A DNA stretch of 64,000 nt from Chthonomonadales bacterium (GCA_020849275.1 JADLGO010000052.1:52039-116038); one strand, 5' to 3'; shown: positions 1-10,969, counted from the stretch's first letter. Made by a program: numbers and translations. Notes: a model not told the origin generated them from the sequence alone.

Positions 1-1865
1 GCAACCGCGTCGAACAGCCGACCGGCGCTCGACGTGACGGGCGCGTTCACGCCGCGGCAAAGGGCGGTGGCCAGCAGGGCGCGCTCCGCGGGGGCGAACG
101 CGGCCACGCAGGGCAGGTCCGTCCGTTCCATCCAGGCATCGCCCAGAATGGCATGCAGGGCGCCGATCGCGCTGCGGCGCGGCTCGCGCGCGCCTGCGTC
201 GCCGCCTGGAAGCCGGAAGGTGCGCAGGTGCGCCGCCCGGCGGTACCCGGCGGCGTCGACCGCGAGGAACTCCCCGCCCCACACCGTGCCGTCCGGGCCA
301 TAGCCGGTGCCGTCCCACGACACGGCGAGCGCGGGGGGCGCGACGGCGTTCTCGGCCATGCATGCGAGCGCGTGCGCGTAGTGGTGCTGCACGGAGACGC
401 GCGGCAGGCCGGTCGCCTCGGCGAAGGCCGTGGAGAGGTAGTCGGGGTGCAGGTCACAGGCCACCATTCGCTGCCCATCGCCGTAGAGCGACGCGAGGTC
501 CGCCACGACGCGGCGGAAGGCGCGATAGGCCTCCTCCGTCTCCAGATCGCCGATATGCTGGCTCACGAAGACCATGTCCTCGACGGTGGTCGCGACGGCG
601 CTCTTCAGGTGCGCCCCGACGGCCAGCACGCGCGGGGCCGGCTCTGGCAGGCGCACGGGCAGGGGAGCGTAGCCGCGCGCGCGACGCATCACCATCTCGC
701 GCCCGAGCACCACGCGCGCCACCGAGTCGTCCACATGACGGGCGATTGGGCGGTCGTGCACCAGGAAAAGGTCCGCGATGCCGTGCAGGCGCCGCAGCGC
801 CTCGCACTCGTCGGTGCATATCGGCTCGTCCGACAGGTTGCCGCTCGTGGCAACGAGGGGCACGCCCAGATCGCCCAGGAGCAGGTGGTGCAGCGGCGTG
901 TAGGGGAGCATCACGCCCAGGAACGGGTTGCGCGGCGCGACCCCCTCGGCGATTCTTCCCTGCGCGACCGCGGCCTCCGAGCGGCGCAGGAGCAGGATTG
1001 GCCGTTCCGGCGAGACGAGCGCGCGCGCCTCCATCGGCCCGATCTCGCAGTCGCGCCGCGCCAACGCTAGCGACGGGTACATCACCGCGAGCGGCTTCTC
1101 CTCGCGGTGTTTGCGCTCCCGCAGCGCCGCGACGGCGTTCACCCTAGCGGCGTCCACCATGAGGTGGAAGCCCCCGAGGCCCTTCACGGCGAGAACCCGT
1201 CCCTCCCGCAGCGCCGCCTCGGCCGCCCGGATCGCGTCGTCGTCGTCGGCCATGGAGGCGCCGTCCGCGTCCCAGAGGGCAACCCGCGGTCCGCAGGCCG
1301 GACAGGCGTTCGGCTGCGCGTGGAAGCGCCGGTCGAGCGGGTCGGCGTACTCACGGCTGCACTCCGGGCACATCGCGAACCCTCGCATGGTCGTCGAGGG
1401 GCGATCATAGGGCAGCGCCAGGATAATCGAGTAGCGCGGTCCGCAGTTGGTGCAGTTGGTGAACGGGTAGCGGTAGCGCCGGTCGGCGGGATCGCGCACC
1501 TCGCGCAGGCAGTCGTCGCAGGTGGCGATGTCGGGGAGTACGAGCGTGGTGGGCGAGGCGTCACCGGCGCTCTCGCGGATCTCGAAGCCCGGGTAGCCCG
1601 CGGGGTCAAGGAACGTCGGCTCCAGGCTGTGTACGATGGCGCGCGGCGGGCGCTCCGGCTCCAACCGGAGCAGAAAGCTCTCCACCGAGCCCGGCGGCCC
1701 TTCCACCTCGATGAACACGCCGTGGCCGGTGTTGCTCACCCACCCGCGAAGGCCCAGGCCGACGGCCAGGCGATAGACGAACGGACGGAATCCGACCCCC
1801 TGCACGGCGCCCTGCACCACGACCCTGAGCCGGACAGCCCCGTCGTCCGCGCCCGGCAACGCCAT
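1..1865 (-). CDS. hypF: [NiFe]-hydrogenase maturation carbamoyltransferase HypF (partial, C-terminus beyond window start)
   Basis: Absent from the ORF track because it has no stop in the window. My translation from the ATG at 1865 gives [34 protein letters not shown] (acylphosphatase domain). It continues with CDDCLREV..YPFTNCTNCGPRYS and CPECSREY..HAQPNACPACGP (paired CxxC zinc fingers) and then YrdC-like and Kae1-like regions. The ATG overlaps the maeB stop (ATGA). Confidence 0.9.
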   Translation of the reverse strand, partial: MALPGADDGAVRLRVVVQGAVQGVGFRPFVYRLAVGLGLRGWVSNTGHGVFIEVEGPPGSVESFLLRLEPERPPRAIVHSLEPTFLDPAGYPGFEIRESAGDASPTTLVLPDIATCDDCLREVRDPADRRYRYPFTNCTNCGPRYSIILALPYDRPSTTMRGFAMCPECSREYADPLDRRFHAQPNACPACGPRVALWDADGASMADDDDAIRAAEAALREGRVLAVKGLGGFHLMVDAARVNAVAALRERKHREEKPLAVMYPSLALARRDCEIGPMEARALVSPERPILLLRRSEAAVAQGRIAEGVAPRNPFLGVMLPYTPLHHLLLGDLGVPLVATSGNLSDEPICTDECEALRRLHGIADLFLVHDRPIARHVDDSVARVVLGREMVMRRARGYAPLPVRLPEPAPRVLAVGAHLKSAVATTVEDMVFVSQHIGDLETEEAYRAFRRVVADLASLYGDGQRMVACDLHPDYLSTAFAEATGLPRVSVQHHYAHALACMAENAVAPPALAVSWDGTGYGPDGTVWGGEFLAVDAAGYRRAAHLRTFRLPGGDAGAREPRRSAIGALHAILGDAWMERTDLPCVAAFAPAERALLATALCRGVNAPVTSSAGRLFDAV

Positions 1866-4141
1866 CAGGACCATACCTCCCGGCGAGCCTGAGCTTCGCG
1901 CTGCTGCGCCTGCACCACGGCGATCGCCGCCAGGTTCACGATATCGCTCACATCGGCGCTGCGCAGGACCACGTGCGCCGCCTTGCGCATGCCGACCAGG
2001 ATGGGCCCGATCACCTCGGCGCTCGCCAGGCGGTCCGCCAGCGCGTAGGCGATCGTGCCGGCCTCCAGGTTCGGGAAGACCAGGACGTTAGCCTCCTCTT
2101 TGAGGCGGTTGAACGGGTAGGTCCCGTTCAGGAGGCTCGAGGAGAGCGCCGCGCCGGCCTGCATCTCCCCCTCGACAACGATGGTCGGCTCCCGCTGCCG
2201 CACGATCTCCGCCGCCTGGCGGACGGCCTCCGCGCGCGGGTGGCGCACGCTGCCGAAGGTCGAGAAGCTGAGCATGGCCACGCGCGGCTCGACGTCGAAG
2301 TCGCGCGCGAGCCGGGCGGTCCGGATCGCGATGCTGGCCAACGTCTCCGGGTCCGGGTCGATGTTGACCGCTGCGTCGGCGAAGAAGAGCACGCGGTTGC
2401 GCAGCGCGACGAGGAACACGCCGGCCGCGATGCCGCAGTCGGGCAGCACGCCCACGATCTGAAGCAGTGGCCGTAGCGCCTCGACGTAGTGGAACCGGAG
2501 GCCGCAGATCACGCCGTCGGCGTCGCCCATCTCAACCATCGTCGCGCCGAAGTAGCTCGGGTTGCAGATCAGATCGGCGGCCTCAGCGTGCGTCACGCCC
2601 TTGCGGCAGCGCAACTCGTGGATGCGGGCGGCGTACCGCTCGCGGAGGTGCTCGTCACGCATGCCGACGATCCGCACGCCATCCAGGCCCACTTGCAGCT
2701 CTGCGGCGCGCGCGCAGATCGTCTCCGGATCGCCCAGCAGGATCGGCGCCGCCATCCGCTCCTCGGCAAGCGTGTGCGCGGCCCGGATCATCTTCTCGTG
2801 CTCGCCCTCGGCCAGCACGATGCGCCTCGGGGCCAGGCGCGCCTTGCTTATGACGATCCGCATCATCTCCCGCGAGCGGCCGAGCCGCGCCTCCAGCGCC
2901 TCCCGGTAGCGGCTCAGGTCGACGGCCTCGCGCGCCACTCCGGTGCGCATGGCCGCCTCAGCCACGGCGGGCGCCACGTGGAGGAGCACGCGCTGGTCGA
3001 GCGGCTTGGGGATCAGGTAGTCCCTGCCGAACCGCAGCGCCTCCAGACCGTAGGCCCGCATCACCGAGTCGGGCACCTCGTCGCGGGCGAGCTCGGCGAG
3101 CGAGCGAGCCGCTGCGACCTTCATCTCCTCGTTGATGCTCGTGGCGCGCACGTCCAGCGCGCCGCGGAAGATGAAGGGGAACCCCAGGACGTTGTTAACC
3201 TGGTTGGGGTAGTCCGAGCGGCCTGTCGCGACGATGGCGTCCGGCCGTGCCGTCTTCGCCTCGTCGTAGGCGATCTCCGGGTCCGGGTTGGCCATCGCGA
3301 ACACGATGGGATCGCGCGCCATGGAGCGCAGCATGTCGGCTGTGACCGCGCCAGCGCTGGAGAGACCGATGAGGACGTCGGCGCCGCGCAGCGCCTCGGC
3401 AAGCGACCGCGCCTCCGTCTCGACCGCGAACTCCTCCTTGGCATCGTTCATGTTGGCGGTGCGGCCCCGGTAGATGACGCCGGCGCGGTCGCACACCACC
3501 ATGTTCCCGTGGCGCGCTCCGAGTTGCCGGTAGAACCGCGCCGTTGCCAGCGCCGCCGCGCCGGCGCCGCTGAAGACGATGCGAGTATCGGCTATCTCTC
3601 GGCCGGTGAGCTCAAGCGCGTTCAGCAGTGCGGCGCCCGAGATGATCGCGGTTCCATGCTGGTCATCATGGAAGACCGGGATCCGCATCGCTTCGCGGAG
3701 GCGCTGTTCGATGTGGAAGCACTCCGGCGCGCGGATGTCCTCCAGGTTGATCCCGCCGAAAGACGGCTCGAGGAGCCTCACGGTGCGAATTAGCTCTTCC
3801 GGATCCTCGGTGTCGACCTCCAGGTCGATCGCGTCGATGTCGGCGAACCGCTTGAACAGGAGGGCCTTGCCCTCCATCACGGGCTTACCGGCGAGCGGGC
3901 CGATGTTGCCCAGGCCAAGCACGGCGGTGCCGTTCGTGATCACGGCCACCAGGTTGCCGCGCGCCGTGTAGCGGAAGGCGGCCTCCGGGTCGGCCTGGAT
4001 CTCGCGACAGGGGGCGGCGACGCCCGGCGTGTAAGCCAGCGACAGGTCGTGCTGGGTGAGGCACGGCTTGGTGGGGGAGATCTCGAGCTTGCCGGCAGGG
4101 GGCCGGCTGTGGTATTCGAGCGACTCGCTATCGAGCATCAT
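1865..4141 (-). CDS. maeB: NADP-dependent malic enzyme, MaeB type (malic enzyme domain + phosphate-acetyltransferase-like C-terminal domain)
   Basis: 758-aa ORF. N-terminus has [12 protein letters not shown] and [23 protein letters not shown], followed by a Rossmann motif VFSGAGAAA and a long PTA-like C-terminal half. The start overlaps the hypB 3' end and the stop overlaps the hypF ATG. Confidence 0.9.
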   Translation of the reverse strand: MMLDSESLEYHSRPPAGKLEISPTKPCLTQHDLSLAYTPGVAAPCREIQADPEAAFRYTARGNLVAVITNGTAVLGLGNIGPLAGKPVMEGKALLFKRFADIDAIDLEVDTEDPEELIRTVRLLEPSFGGINLEDIRAPECFHIEQRLREAMRIPVFHDDQHGTAIISGAALLNALELTGREIADTRIVFSGAGAAALATARFYRQLGARHGNMVVCDRAGVIYRGRTANMNDAKEEFAVETEARSLAEALRGADVLIGLSSAGAVTADMLRSMARDPIVFAMANPDPEIAYDEAKTARPDAIVATGRSDYPNQVNNVLGFPFIFRGALDVRATSINEEMKVAAARSLAELARDEVPDSVMRAYGLEALRFGRDYLIPKPLDQRVLLHVAPAVAEAAMRTGVAREAVDLSRYREALEARLGRSREMMRIVISKARLAPRRIVLAEGEHEKMIRAAHTLAEERMAAPILLGDPETICARAAELQVGLDGVRIVGMRDEHLRERYAARIHELRCRKGVTHAEAADLICNPSYFGATMVEMGDADGVICGLRFHYVEALRPLLQIVGVLPDCGIAAGVFLVALRNRVLFFADAAVNIDPDPETLASIAIRTARLARDFDVEPRVAMLSFSTFGSVRHPRAEAVRQAAEIVRQREPTIVVEGEMQAGAALSSSLLNGTYPFNRLKEEANVLVFPNLEAGTIAYALADRLASAEVIGPILVGMRKAAHVVLRSADVSDIVNLAAIAVVQAQQREAQARREVWS

Positions 4142-4805
4142 CTGGACCCCTCGCGCCGGAACCCGTGCGCAGGTAGTCGTACCAGGCCGACACTCCGGCC
4201 CCGGTGCGAGCGGAGAGCTCCATCACGGCCGCCTGTGGCGCCACGCCCTGGATGTTGGCGAGCGCGGCTGCGCGGTCATACCCGACCGCGCCGGCGATGT
4301 CGGTCTTCGTCACGATGACGACGTCGGCGCTCTTGAACATGGCCGGATACTTCAGCGGCTTGTCCTCTCCCTCGGTGACCGAGAGCAGGACCGCCCGGGC
4401 GCCCTCACCGAGGTCGTAGGATCCGGGGCAGACCAGGTTGCCCACGTTCTCGATGAAGAGCACTCGAAGCCCCTCGGTGCCCAGGCGATCGACGGCCTGG
4501 GCCACCATCGCCGCGTCGAGATGGCACACATCGCCGGTCGTGATCTGCACGGCGCGACCGCCGCCCGCGGTGAGCCGTCGCGCGTCGTTGTCGGTCGCGA
4601 GGTCGCCCACTACCACGCCGCAGGGCAGGTCGGCGGAGAGGTCGGCGAGGGTGCGCTCCAGCAACGCCGTCTTGCCCGAGCCCGGCGAGGAGAGCACGTT
4701 GACAACGAACAGCCCCGCCGCGCGGAACCGGCGACGATTGGCGTCGGCGAGGCTCTCGTTGCGCTCCAGCACCGGCCTGCTCACGTCGACCGTCCGGCGT
4801 ACCAT
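4128..4805 (-). CDS. hypB: hydrogenase nickel-insertion GTPase HypB
   Basis: P-loop SSPGSGKTALL, the FIENVGNLVCP motif and KTD, in hyp gene context. Confidence 0.9.
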   Translation of the reverse strand: MVRRTVDVSRPVLERNESLADANRRRFRAAGLFVVNVLSSPGSGKTALLERTLADLSADLPCGVVVGDLATDNDARRLTAGGGRAVQITTGDVCHLDAAMVAQAVDRLGTEGLRVLFIENVGNLVCPGSYDLGEGARAVLLSVTEGEDKPLKYPAMFKSADVVIVTKTDIAGAVGYDRAAALANIQGVAPQAAVMELSARTGAGVSAWYDYLRTGSGARGPDDAR

Positions 4806-4808
4806 GCC

Positions 4809-5150
4809 TCACTCGACCTCCATGGAAACGAGGACCAGCTCGCGTCCGGCCAGGATCGTGGCCGCGACCTGGCCGCATCGCGGGCAGGCATAGATTGGGG
4901 ACGCCGGCTCGAACTCCCCGCCGCAGCCGCCGCAGCGGCAGCGCGCCGCCACATGCTCGATCTCGATCACCGCCTCGCGCGCCATCGTCCGGTCACGGAG
5001 CGCCTGGAAGGCAAACTCGAAGGCTTCGGCGACCACGCCAGATAGCGCGCCAACGCGCACGCGGAGGCTGCAGATGCGCTCGGCGCCGGCCTCGCGCGCG
5101 CTTCGCTCGGCCGTCTCCAGCAGGCTGGCCATCAGGCTGATCTCGTGCAT
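4809..5150 (-). CDS. hypA: hydrogenase nickel-insertion protein HypA
   Basis: Canonical MHEISL N-terminus and a zinc site CRCGGCG...CPRCG. I trimmed 13 upstream codons from track ORF 4809..5189. Confidence 0.85.
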   Translation of the reverse strand: MHEISLMASLLETAERSAREAGAERICSLRVRVGALSGVVAEAFEFAFQALRDRTMAREAVIEIEHVAARCRCGGCGGEFEPASPIYACPRCGQVAATILAGRELVLVSMEVE

Positions 5151-5175
5151 CGGAAGTCGCCGCGCACCCTTGCTA

Positions 5176-5664
5176 TCATTGTAACACACGCTTCGGCGCG
5201 CCGCCGTGCGCCTTCAACAGCGCCAGGACCCGCCGGGCTGCCTCCTCCGCGCCGTGGGCGGCCCATACCGACAGGCCCTCGCCGAGCCCGGTGTCGAAGG
5301 CCGGCACGGTGACGAGCCAGGCCTCCGGAGCGGCGCCGAAGAGGTCGCGCGCGAGAGCTAGCAGGGCCCGCGGGTCGGCGAAGTGGCCCACGCCGGTGCG
5401 TGCCGGCTCGGGAGCGATGGACTCCACGAGGACGCCCTGATCTAGGTCATCCGCGCGCGCGTCCACGAACACGACAAGGCGGGCGCTCGCCAGCACGACA
5501 CTCGTCTCGGGTGTCAGCTGGTGCATGGCGAGCACCCGCACATCCGCCAGGCCAAGCGCCTCGACACGGCGAGCGACTTCCTGCCCTACGCCGTCGTCGC
5601 GCCGAAGGCTGCTCCCGTAGCCGATCACGACCTGGGGGCCGCGGGCGACGGCTCCCTCCCGCAT
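5176..5664 (-). CDS. hoxW: hydrogenase maturation endopeptidase (HoxW/HyaD family)
   Basis: VVIGYGSSLRRDDGVG N-terminal motif, ~160 aa, immediately downstream of the large subunit. Start trimmed to the internal ATG (MREGAV) just after the hoxH stop at 5670. Confidence 0.8.
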   Translation of the reverse strand: MREGAVARGPQVVIGYGSSLRRDDGVGQEVARRVEALGLADVRVLAMHQLTPETSVVLASARLVVFVDARADDLDQGVLVESIAPEPARTGVGHFADPRALLALARDLFGAAPEAWLVTVPAFDTGLGEGLSVWAAHGAEEAARRVLALLKAHGGAPKRVLQ

Positions 5665-5669
5665 CACGC

Positions 5670-7094
5670 TCAGTCGCGTCGCGCCACGTCCAGCACCTCG
5701 CCGCCGGACCCAACCAGGCTCACCTCCAGCGGCATCGTGCCGGCCGTGTGGGTGGAGCAACTCAGGCATGGGTCGTAGATGCGGATGCCGGCCTCGACCC
5801 GGTTGAGCATGCCCTCGGCGATCTTCGGACCCTTGACGTAGTGGCGCGCGATCTGCGCGACGGTCCGGTTCATCGCCAGGTTGTTCTGGCCGGTGGCGAT
5901 GATCAGGTTAACGCCCTCGATGATGCCGTTGGCGTCGACGCGATAATGATGGAACAGAGTGCCGCGCGGCGCCTCGCTTACGCCGACGCCCTCGAGCTGG
6001 TTGATGCCTGCCTCGGCGCGCAAGCGGGTGCCCATCACGTCCGGATCATCCACGTAGATCCCCATGCGCTCGATGCCGGCCAGGATCTCGATGAGACGAG
6101 CCCAGTGATAGAGGAAGGAGGCGTTGGCGGCCCGCCCGCCGAAGGCGCGGAACTCGGCCAGCTCGGCGTCGGCTGCTGGCGTGCCGATGCGGTCGCAGAT
6201 GTTCAGGCGGGCGAGCGGGCCGACGCGGTAGCAGCCATCCGGATAGCCCATCGGCTTGTAGTAGGGGAACTTCAGGTACGACCAGGACTCAACGGCTTCG
6301 CCGATGAACTCCTGGTAACGCGCCGGGTCGAGGTGGTCGGCGATCACGTTGCCGGCACCGTCGACGAAGCGGATCGTGCCGTCGTGATGCTCCCAGGAGC
6401 CGTCCGGGGCAATCAGGCCCATGAAGAGCGACGGGAAGTTCCCGAACAGCTGGACCTCCGCCTTAAAGGTCTCCAGCATCTGCTTGAACTTGCCGAGCGC
6501 GATCTCGGTGGTCTCGCGCACCTCTGGGAGCCACGCGCGAATGCGCTCGCGCTTCTCCTCGGTGAGCGGGGCGCGCACGCCGCCGGGCACCGCCCACGCC
6601 GGGTGGATCTTGCTGCCCCCCAGCATCTCGATCACTTCCTGCCCGAACTGCCGTAGGCGGATCCCGCGGCGCGCCAGGTCGGGATCGGCCTTGATGAGGC
6701 CGAACACGTTGCGCGTCGCCGGGTCGGCATCCCAGCCCAGCAGCAGGTCCGGGGAGCTGAGGTGGAAAAAGCTGAGGGCGTGCGACTGGATGATCTGCCC
6801 GAGGTTCATCATGCGGCGGAGCTTGTTGGCCGTCGGGCTGATCTGCACAGCCAGGATCTGATCTCCGGCTTTGGCGGAGGCCAGCAGATGGCTGATCGGG
6901 CAGATCCCGCAAATGCGCGCCGTGATGCCGGCCATCTCGTGCAGGGGCCGACCCTCGCACAGTTTCTCGAAACCGCGGAACTCGGTCACGTGGAACCGGG
7001 CATCGTTCACCTGGCCCTCGTCATCGAGGTAGATGGTGATCTTCGCGTGCCCCTCGATCCGGGTGACAGGGTCGATCACGATCCGCTGAGACAT
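5670..7094 (-). CDS. hoxH: [NiFe] hydrogenase large subunit, bidirectional group-3d type HoxH
   Basis: [15 protein letters not shown] (N-terminal CxxC Ni-Fe ligands) and C-terminal DPCLSCSTH followed by a cleavable extension. Confidence 0.92.
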   Translation of the reverse strand: MSQRIVIDPVTRIEGHAKITIYLDDEGQVNDARFHVTEFRGFEKLCEGRPLHEMAGITARICGICPISHLLASAKAGDQILAVQISPTANKLRRMMNLGQIIQSHALSFFHLSSPDLLLGWDADPATRNVFGLIKADPDLARRGIRLRQFGQEVIEMLGGSKIHPAWAVPGGVRAPLTEEKRERIRAWLPEVRETTEIALGKFKQMLETFKAEVQLFGNFPSLFMGLIAPDGSWEHHDGTIRFVDGAGNVIADHLDPARYQEFIGEAVESWSYLKFPYYKPMGYPDGCYRVGPLARLNICDRIGTPAADAELAEFRAFGGRAANASFLYHWARLIEILAGIERMGIYVDDPDVMGTRLRAEAGINQLEGVGVSEAPRGTLFHHYRVDANGIIEGVNLIIATGQNNLAMNRTVAQIARHYVKGPKIAEGMLNRVEAGIRIYDPCLSCSTHTAGTMPLEVSLVGSGGEVLDVARRD

Positions 7095-7139
7095 AGCGAG
7101 CGCTCTCCTTGTTGTGGGCGCCCCGCGGGGGCGCGCGCC

Positions 7140-7682
7140 CTAGCCGAACTTGATGTCGCGCCCTTCGAGGGTGACGTGACCGGTGCTGAGCAGCTGCTCC
7201 AGCGCGGCCCGGATGCGCGGAGCGGGCGGCGGACAGCCCGGCAGGAAGACGTCGACCGGCACGACCTCGTGCACCGGCTTAACGCTTGGCAGGAGCCTCG
7301 GCACGATGCCTTCCTCGTCGGGGACGCGCCCCTGAATGGTCGCCGCCTCAACGTAGACCTGCTGCAGGATCGACGCGGGGTCGCCGAACGGGTTGCGCAT
7401 CGCCGTCACGTTGCCGGTGACGGCGCAGTCGCCGAAGGAGATCAGGATTCGGGTTCGCTCGCGCACGGCGCGGATCGCCTCCAGGTTGTCCTCGTTGGCG
7501 ACGGCGCCCTCCACGAGCGTCACGTCCACGTTCTCCGGAAACTCCTTGATGTCGACGATCGGGCTGTAGACGATGTCGACCATGCCGGCGAGGTCGATGA
7601 GAAACTCGTCCAGGTCCAGGAACGACATGTGGCAGCCGGAGCATCCGCCCAGCCAGACGGTCGCCACTCTCACCCGATCCAT
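7140..7682 (-). CDS. hoxY: [NiFe] hydrogenase small subunit HoxY
   Basis: [15 protein letters not shown] and LPGCPP Fe-S ligand motifs. Short (~180 aa) small subunit typical for group 3. Start trimmed to MDRVRVA, overlapping the hoxU end. Confidence 0.88.
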   Translation of the reverse strand: MDRVRVATVWLGGCSGCHMSFLDLDEFLIDLAGMVDIVYSPIVDIKEFPENVDVTLVEGAVANEDNLEAIRAVRERTRILISFGDCAVTGNVTAMRNPFGDPASILQQVYVEAATIQGRVPDEEGIVPRLLPSVKPVHEVVPVDVFLPGCPPPAPRIRAALEQLLSTGHVTLEGRDIKFG

Positions 7683-8386
7683 TGCTTCTTCTCCCGTGCC
7701 GTGACGATGAAATCGAGGCGCGTGCGGTCGCGGTCCATCTCGGCGACCGTCGAGCCGCGGCGGAAGATCGCACCCGTTGGGCAGGCCTGGACGCACTTAC
7801 CGCAGGAGGTGCAGCTCGTGGCCGAGCCCCACGGCACGTTCATATCGGTGATGACCGTCGCCCTGGAGCCGCGACCGGCCACATCCCAGGTGTGCGCGCC
7901 CTCGATCTCGTCGCACACGCGGACGCACCGCGTGCAGAGCACGCAGCGATTGTGGTCGACCCCGAAGCGCGGATGGCTGACATCGACCAGGTGCTTCGGG
8001 AACAGATAGTCGAAGCGCACGTGGTCCATCCCCTGCGCGATGGCCAGGTCCTGGAGCTCGCAGTGGCCATTGGCCACGCAGACCGAGCAGACGTGGTTGC
8101 GCTCGGCGAAGAGCAACTCCAGGATCATGCGCCGGTACTCGCGCAGCCGCTCCGAGGTGGTGACTACCTGCATGCCCTCGGCCACCCGGGTAACGCAGGC
8201 TGGCAGTAGCCGGTTGGTCCCGACAACCTCAACCAGGCAGAGCCGGCAGGCTCCGACGTCCGTGGCGCCGTCCAGATGGCACAGGGTCGGTATCTCGATC
8301 CCCGCGTCGCGCGCGGCATCGAGCACGGTCTGCTCCTCGAGCGCGGACACCGGTTTGCCGTCTATGGTGAGCGTTCTGACCGCCAT
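7670..8386 (-). CDS. hoxU: diaphorase Fe-S subunit HoxU (NuoG N-terminal-like)
   Basis: 2Fe-2S ferredoxin-like N-terminus ([15 protein letters not shown]) plus [11 protein letters not shown] and [12 protein letters not shown] 4Fe-4S motifs. Confidence 0.88.
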   Translation of the reverse strand: MAVRTLTIDGKPVSALEEQTVLDAARDAGIEIPTLCHLDGATDVGACRLCLVEVVGTNRLLPACVTRVAEGMQVVTTSERLREYRRMILELLFAERNHVCSVCVANGHCELQDLAIAQGMDHVRFDYLFPKHLVDVSHPRFGVDHNRCVLCTRCVRVCDEIEGAHTWDVAGRGSRATVITDMNVPWGSATSCTSCGKCVQACPTGAIFRRGSTVAEMDRDRTRLDFIVTAREKKQWIG

Positions 8387-8449
8387 GAGAGTAATCCCCT
8401 TCGCGCACTCGTTGGGCCGCCGGGAGGCGTGGGCCGCCCGGCGCGGGCG

Positions 8450-10081
8450 TCACGCGGTCCGCGGCGCCGCTCCGTTGGCCGACGGCTCGCTGGGCGCTCC
8501 GATGAGAGCCCGGTAGTCTTCCGGGAAGTAGCGCAGCGTGCTGAGCACCGGGTTCGGCGCGGACTGGCCCAGGCCACAGAGGCTGGTCTGCTTGACCATC
8601 TCGCATAGTGTCCGCAGCGTCGCCAGGTCCTCGTCCGTGGCGCGGCGGTCGCGGATCTTCGTTAGCAGGCGGTGGATCTGGACGGTGCCCGCGCGGCACG
8701 GGACGCATTTGCCGCATGACTCGTCCATGCAGAACTCCATGAAGAAGCGCGCGACCTCCACCATGTTGTCCTGCTCGTCCATCACGATCATGCCGCCGGA
8801 GCCCATGATGGAGCCGACCTGCGCCAGCGACTCATAGTCGACGGGCGTGTCCAGAGCCGACTGCGGGATGCAGCCGCCCGAGGGGCCGCCGGTCTGCACG
8901 GCCTTCACGGTCCCCCCGTCGGGCACTCCGCCGCCCATCTCCTCGACGATGGTGCGCAGGGGAGTCCCCATCGGCACCTCGATGAGGCCCGTGTTCGTGA
9001 TCTTGCCGGCGAGCGCGAACACCTTGGTTCCCTTGCTCTTTTCGGTGCCGATGCTCGCGAACCATTCAGCGCCCTTGCGCAGGATCGGAGCGATGTTCGC
9101 GTAGGTCTCCACGTTGTTGATGAGCGTGGGGCATCCGAACAGTCCGCTTGCGGCGGGGTAGGGCGGGCGCGGGCGCGGAACGCCCCGGTGGCCCTCGATG
9201 GAGCGGATGAGGGCGGTCTCCTCACCGCAGACGAACGCCCCTGCGCCGATGCGGATGTCGACACGGAAGTTGAACGGCGACTCGAACACCTGTGTTCCGA
9301 GCAAGCCCATGCGGCGCGCCTGGCGGATGGCGGTCTGCAGCCGACTGATGGCGAGCGGGTACTCACCGCGTACGTAGACGTAGCCCTGGGAGGCTCCGAC
9401 CGCGTAGGCCGCGATCGCCATGCCCTCGAGGATGCGGTGCGGGTCGCTCTCGAGCACGCTGCGGTCCATGAACGCCCCGGGGTCGCCCTCGTCGGCGTTA
9501 ACCACCACGAACTTGCGGTCGGCCTCCGTCTTGGCGACGGTGGCCCACTTCAGGCCGGTGGGGTAGCCGGCCCCGCCGCGTCCGCGCAACCCGGCCGCGA
9601 TAATGGTCTCCACCACCTGCGCCGGCGTCATGTCGTGCAGCACGGTGTGTAGCGCGTGGTACCCGTCCGCCGCGATGTAGGACTCAATGCGCTCGGGGTC
9701 TATCCTGCCGCTGTTCTCGAGCACCACGGCGACCTGCCGCGTGAAGAAGGGGCGGGTCGTGTCGCCGACGTTGGCATCGGCGTCGCCGCCGTCGAGGGCC
9801 GCCACGATGGAGGCGCACTGCCGCGGCTCCACCCGCTCGTAGAGGGTGCCGGCGGGATCCACCTGGACCAGTGGTCCCTCGCTGCAGAGGCCCATGCAGC
9901 CGACCCCGATGACCTGGACACGATCCTCCAGCCCGTTGGCGGCCACCGCCTCATCCAGCGCGCTCTTGACCGCCTGACCCTGGGAGGAAAGGCATCCCGC
10001 CGCCGTGCAGCACCGCACCCGAATGGGCTTCTGCGACTCGCGCTCCTTGCGAGCGATGTCCTGGAGGTCTGAGAGCTCCAT
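8450..10081 (-). CDS. hoxF: diaphorase NAD(P)H/FMN-binding subunit HoxF (NuoF-like)
   Basis: [16 protein letters not shown], glycine-rich NADH site and C-terminal [10 protein letters not shown] 4Fe-4S motif. The ATG overlaps the hoxE stop. Confidence 0.9.
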   Translation of the reverse strand: MELSDLQDIARKERESQKPIRVRCCTAAGCLSSQGQAVKSALDEAVAANGLEDRVQVIGVGCMGLCSEGPLVQVDPAGTLYERVEPRQCASIVAALDGGDADANVGDTTRPFFTRQVAVVLENSGRIDPERIESYIAADGYHALHTVLHDMTPAQVVETIIAAGLRGRGGAGYPTGLKWATVAKTEADRKFVVVNADEGDPGAFMDRSVLESDPHRILEGMAIAAYAVGASQGYVYVRGEYPLAISRLQTAIRQARRMGLLGTQVFESPFNFRVDIRIGAGAFVCGEETALIRSIEGHRGVPRPRPPYPAASGLFGCPTLINNVETYANIAPILRKGAEWFASIGTEKSKGTKVFALAGKITNTGLIEVPMGTPLRTIVEEMGGGVPDGGTVKAVQTGGPSGGCIPQSALDTPVDYESLAQVGSIMGSGGMIVMDEQDNMVEVARFFMEFCMDESCGKCVPCRAGTVQIHRLLTKIRDRRATDEDLATLRTLCEMVKQTSLCGLGQSAPNPVLSTLRYFPEDYRALIGAPSEPSANGAAPRTA

Positions 10082-10608
10082 TACTCAAGCCACCCTTTCA
10101 CCAGTTGCGTGACCGTGTCGGGCGTCTGGCGGCCGGTAACCGCGCCGTCGAGCACGACGGCCGGAGCGATGCCGCACGCGCCGAGACACCGCGCTGTGAG
10201 CAGTGACAGCTTGCCGTCGCCGGTCGTCTCGCCGGAGCGCACACCGGCCATGGTCTCGATCGCGGTCACGACGTTCGCCGCGCCCTTAACGTAGCAGGCG
10301 GTGCCCATGCAGACCACGCAGGTGTGGAGGCCCTTGGGCTTCAGCGAGAAGAAGTGGTAGAACGTGGCAACGCCAAACACCCGGCTCGGCGGGACCTTGA
10401 GGCTGTGCGCGACGTAGATCAGCAGGTCTTCTTCCAGGTAGCCGAAGAGCTCCTGCGCCGTGTGCAGGACCTCGATCAGCGCGTCAGCCTGGTACTGGTG
10501 CCGCTTCATCGTGGCTTCGAGCATCTTGAAGCGGTTGTCGCCGCTCGGATGCTGCTTCGCTCCCCCGGCGGCTCGAGGTTTCTCCCGGGCGACAACGGTG
10601 GATTCCAT
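10081..10608 (-). CDS. hoxE: diaphorase 2Fe-2S subunit HoxE (NuoE-like)
   Basis: [13 protein letters not shown]...CLGACGIAP thioredoxin-like 2Fe-2S motif. Start moved to the ATG at 10608, preceded by AAGGAGG 5 nt upstream. The track extension to 10869 begins at a TTG and is Arg/Pro-rich. Confidence 0.85.
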   Translation of the reverse strand: MESTVVAREKPRAAGGAKQHPSGDNRFKMLEATMKRHQYQADALIEVLHTAQELFGYLEEDLLIYVAHSLKVPPSRVFGVATFYHFFSLKPKGLHTCVVCMGTACYVKGAANVVTAIETMAGVRSGETTGDGKLSLLTARCLGACGIAPAVVLDGAVTGRQTPDTVTQLVKGWLE

Positions 10609-10926
10609 GCCTGCCTCCTTCAAGGCGCCGGCCCGAGGCCGGCGGCGTCGATGGATGGCGGGTCGCGCGTGGACGCGGACCCATCGCGACGGACAAGTGG
10701 CTGCGAGCCATCGTGGGCACGGTGTGGCCTGCGGGCTGCCCTCGGCGCTCGGATGAACGGCCGGGCCGGGGCGCGACGCGCCGGCGGGCTTGAGAGACGA
10801 AAGGAAGCGTCGACCTTCGTGGGCACTGCGTCCTGCGTCGACGGGCGCAACCGGACAAACGATCGGCAATAACTCCGGTTAGGATTGCGGCATTTTTCAC
10901 AAAGTGTACCGACCAGCGCCAATTCC

Positions 10927-10955
10927 ATTATACCACGGTCTAGCCCGGATCAAAT
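10927..10955 (-). promoter_or_regulatory. putative sigma70 promoter of the hox operon with extended -10 (TGgTATAAT)
   Basis: The minus strand reads cATTTGAtccgggctagaccgTGgTATAATgg. It is an AT-rich island in GC-rich DNA about 310 nt upstream of the hoxE ATG. Confidence 0.45.
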
Positions 10956-10957
10956 GG

Positions 10958-10969
10958 GTGAGCGCTCAC
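10958..10969. promoter_or_regulatory. perfect 12-bp palindrome GTGAGCGCTCAC abutting the hox -35 region (candidate operator or activator site)
   Basis: Perfect dyad seen directly. Its centre is roughly 43 nt upstream of the predicted TSS. The sequence equals the core of the symmetric lac operator (LacI/GalR-type half sites). Confidence 0.35.

Noticed and set aside
153-1892. Plus-strand ORFs 153..1070, 362..1147, 928..1410 and 1107..1892
   Set aside because: They lie antisense to hypF, whose minus-strand translation shows acylphosphatase and zinc-finger motifs. The plus-strand products are Arg/Pro/Gly-rich with no motifs.
2489-3793. 434-aa plus-strand ORF, plus several shorter ones between 1973 and 3971
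   Set aside because: Entirely antisense to the well-supported maeB gene. Arg/Ala/Gly/His-rich low-complexity translation typical of shadow frames in very GC-rich DNA.
5400-8009. Plus-strand ORFs 5400..6656 (418 aa) and 6762..8009 (415 aa)
   Set aside because: Antisense to hoxW, hoxH, hoxY and hoxU. No recognisable domains.
10609-10869. 87-codon N-terminal extension of hoxE
   Set aside because: It begins at a TTG and is Arg/Pro-rich. A strong AAGGAGG-ATG at 10608 yields the normal ~175-aa HoxE length. The region is kept as a long leader.
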